DNA of 56,363 nucleotides from a virus (taxonomy: Duplodnaviria > Caudoviricetes), in IMG/VR virus record IMGVR_UViG_3300049454_000020, positions 1-56,363 of that record. One strand, written 5' to 3'. The notes under the pieces are model-generated. The model was not told the origin of the DNA, did not search any database, and saw only the letters and a list, made by a program, of their open reading frames with translations. The position numbers and the translations under genes are program-made. Positions 54,598 through 56,363 of the stretch are shown one piece after another; the stretch's first letter is position 1; each line of letters starts with the position of its first letter.

Positions 54598-54893
54598 CCG
54601 CCGACCCGGTCCGCGCCGCCGTGACTGAGGCCGTCGAGGCCCTGCAAGCGTTCGGCGAGCTCACCCGAGACCAGGCCGCGACCGTGCTGCCGTACTGGCG
54701 GCACTACTCCACCCTCGGCGAACGCGGGGCCGCCGCGGTCCTGCGCCGCTTCCCGCCCGCGGACCCGGTCGACGCAGCCGTCGAGGCGGGGGAGCCGCAC
54801 CCCGGCGGCGGATGGATCAGCGGCGCCACGATCGGCGGCGGGTCACAGGTGTCCAGGGGGCGAGCCCAGTCGCCCCCTGGGCTTGGTCAGTAG
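54594..54893 (+). CDS. Hypothetical protein
   Basis: ATGA-coupled. Confidence 0.55.
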   Translation: MTADPVRAAVTEAVEALQAFGELTRDQAATVLPYWRHYSTLGERGAAAVLRRFPPADPVDAAVEAGEPHPGGGWISGATIGGGSQVSRGRAQSPPGLGQ

Positions 54894-55189
54894 TACTGCT
54901 GTTGCTGTTGTGGCTGGTCGACTCGGACGGTGACGCGGTTGACGGTGTTCGCGGCGATGATCGGCTTGACCCACCAGGCCAACGCGACCCACCACAGGAT
55001 GATCGCGACGGGGTACAGGCCGAGGGTCAGCACCGACCACTTGACGGCGTTCCAGAACGTGCGTGGGGGTTTGCGGGGTCGGGCGAGGGTGACGGAGCCT
55101 GGTGTTTGCGCGGTGACGACGAGCCCTTTCCCGGCCCAGTACGCGACTGTCTGGTCGAGCTCACGGGGGGTGACAGTTACGGTTTTCAT
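54887..55189 (-). CDS. Membrane protein
   Basis: ATGA-coupled; SVLTLGLYPVAIILWW hydrophobic segment. Confidence 0.7.
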   Translation of the reverse strand: MKTVTVTPRELDQTVAYWAGKGLVVTAQTPGSVTLARPRKPPRTFWNAVKWSVLTLGLYPVAIILWWVALAWWVKPIIAANTVNRVTVRVDQPQQQQQYY

Positions 55190-55630
55190 TCCGTGAGGGT
55201 GGCAGAGGTGCGCAAGAATTCGCGTCGTCCGTTCGGCTGGCGAGGGGCCATTCTCCGCGTCCAACGGGTATCGCGCGCATGGGCCGCGGAGCGACAACTG
55301 GATGGGCATGAGAAGTCTGTAATTCCGATTTCCGCGTACCACGGCCGGGCAAGGTACGCCGCCACCCGGCCGTCAACCTGTAGCGCCAGACCGTCCTCCA
55401 CCTTATGCACAATGGTGTTGCATCGAGGACACAGCAAGCCGCGGACGGCGAGCCAGCCGAGCGCATGGTCGTGGTCAAGGAACAGGCCAACACCACTGCG
55501 ACGCATTGGTTTTCCACAGATCTCGCAGCATCCACCCGAGCGCGCCAACAGCAACTCGTGCTGCTGGCACGTGATGTGGTACGCCCGGTGCGCGCAGCGC
55601 GGATAAGTGCGGTGCGCCTTGCCTGTTCAC
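55186..55630 (-). CDS. Endonuclease VII-like nuclease with an anomalous 5' end
   Basis: YHIT...LL....G.CEIC, LDHDH...VRGLLCPRCN; GTG at 55630 is one base out of frame. Confidence 0.75.
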
Positions 55631-55818
55631 TCGGCGGATTCGGGGCGGTGACGGGCAACGTACCGCCGTAGGGCGCGCTCAATCACGGCGGTCATCGTCT
55701 CGTTTTTCAGTGCCGCAATCGCCGCCGCCTCGTCCCAAACCGCTCCGACTCGGATGTTGCGCTTTGGGGTCACGCCAGTTCTGGGCCGGCCGCGCGGCCG
55801 TTTACCTGCTTCGTCCAT
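55627..55818 (-). CDS. Ribbon-helix-helix-like DNA-binding protein
   Basis: RGRP.TG.TP.RNIRV...W..A.......TMTAVIERALRRY; TACGTT 7 nt before ATG suggests leaderless translation. Confidence 0.8.
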   Translation of the reverse strand: MDEAGKRPRGRPRTGVTPKRNIRVGAVWDEAAAIAALKNETMTAVIERALRRYVARHRPESAE

Positions 55819-55854
55819 ACGAGTAAACGTACCACCGAAATGTGCCCCGGGCCC

Positions 55855-55884
55855 TTGCGTCCCTCTGGTTTTCTGTGGTACACT
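55855..55884 (+). promoter_or_regulatory. SigA/HrdB-type promoter driving the junction-spanning transcript
   Basis: TTGCGT-N18-TACACT with TG extension; predicted start about 55891. Confidence 0.7.
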
Positions 55885-55890
55885 AAATGT

Positions 55891-56290
55891 ACAAGGCAAG
55901 GACAACTACACAGCACAGACCACTAGCCAGGAACCGGGACCCGAAAGGGCAGCAGGAGGGCTATCGGGAAACAAGCCTCCAGCGCGGGGTGACGAAAGCC
56001 AAGCGATCACGAGAACGAGGTCGGGACAGTGCGCAGGACAGGACGGGGATAGCCCCCGAACCGCGAGCGCCTCTAGCCGACACGGACGAACGCGACACGA
56101 CAGCCGAGCAACACCCCCGCCCCCAGGCAGACGACACCGCGCAGACGCGCGACCGGCGCCGGGGGCCACGGACCGCGAGACGCAGCGCAGGCAGCCTGAC
56201 CGACCACTGAGGCGTAAGGCCGCGCGCGGAGGTGCGACTTCCTCCCAGGTCCCCGAACCCAGCCATCAAGGCTGGCGAGTCCGAGGAGAC
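55891..56290 (+). ncRNA. Putative ~400-nt structured, U-poor leader or ncRNA
   Basis: No credible ORF; several hairpins; tRNA-like closure at 56161-56254. Confidence 0.5.
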
Positions 56291-56363
56291 GGACATGCAG
56301 ACCACCCCCACCCCCACCCCCACCCCCACCCCCACGCCGATCCGCTGCGCACACCACAGCGCC
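56210..56363 (+). repeat. Terminal direct repeat / circular overlap, right copy
   Basis: Matches 1..160 with five rather than six ACCCCC units. Confidence 0.97.

Larger units (their letters stand above)
1..56363. mobile_element. Complete temperate actinobacteriophage genome (siphovirus-type), circularly closed
   Basis: Terminase, portal, capsid, tail, tape measure, lysis, integrase, repressor and WhiB all present; ends overlap; no host housekeeping genes seen. Confidence 0.95.

Noticed and set aside
55887-56210. 107-aa ORF MYKART...
   Set aside because: Starts before the predicted transcription start, has no RBS and an Arg/Thr/Gln low-complexity translation.
55891-56254. Canonical tRNA or tmRNA
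   Set aside because: No GTTCRA T-loop, CCA end, anticodon arm or tag ORF that I could identify.
1-56363. CRISPR array, retron, diversity-generating retroelement or group II intron
   Set aside because: No regularly spaced repeats and no reverse transcriptase motif seen; the duplicated tag differs at synonymous sites rather than specifically at adenines.

Overview
The window is an essentially complete, circularly closed genome of a high-GC temperate siphovirus of Actinomycetota (about 56.2 kb; 1..160 repeats 56210..56363). Most genes lie on the minus strand in this order: early/replication genes (52.4-36.3 kb: RecE/RecT-like pair, RuvC-like, WhiB, cytosine methylase, replication initiator), terminase and portal, head genes with separate hexamer- and pentamer-type capsid proteins, tail, a 7-gene sugar-synthesis/glycosyltransferase cluster and a lysis cassette. 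Repressor and integrase are on the plus strand at 52.5-53.8 kb. Three things stand out. (1) A translationally coupled effector array lies between portal and capsid: two unrelated enzymes (an ADP-ribosyltransferase and a HEXXH metallopeptidase) carry an identical 19-aa CX2CX4HX3C tag written in different codons, followed by a MuF-GrpE-like-ART fusion and a 2H-phosphoesterase-protease fusion. (2) A late-region cluster encodes GDP-mannose dehydratase, a sugar C-methyltransferase and five glycosyltransferases. (3) A plus-strand transcription unit across the genome junction is made largely of structured non-coding RNA with tRNA-like elements. All calls come from reading motifs by eye; no database search or folding program was run.
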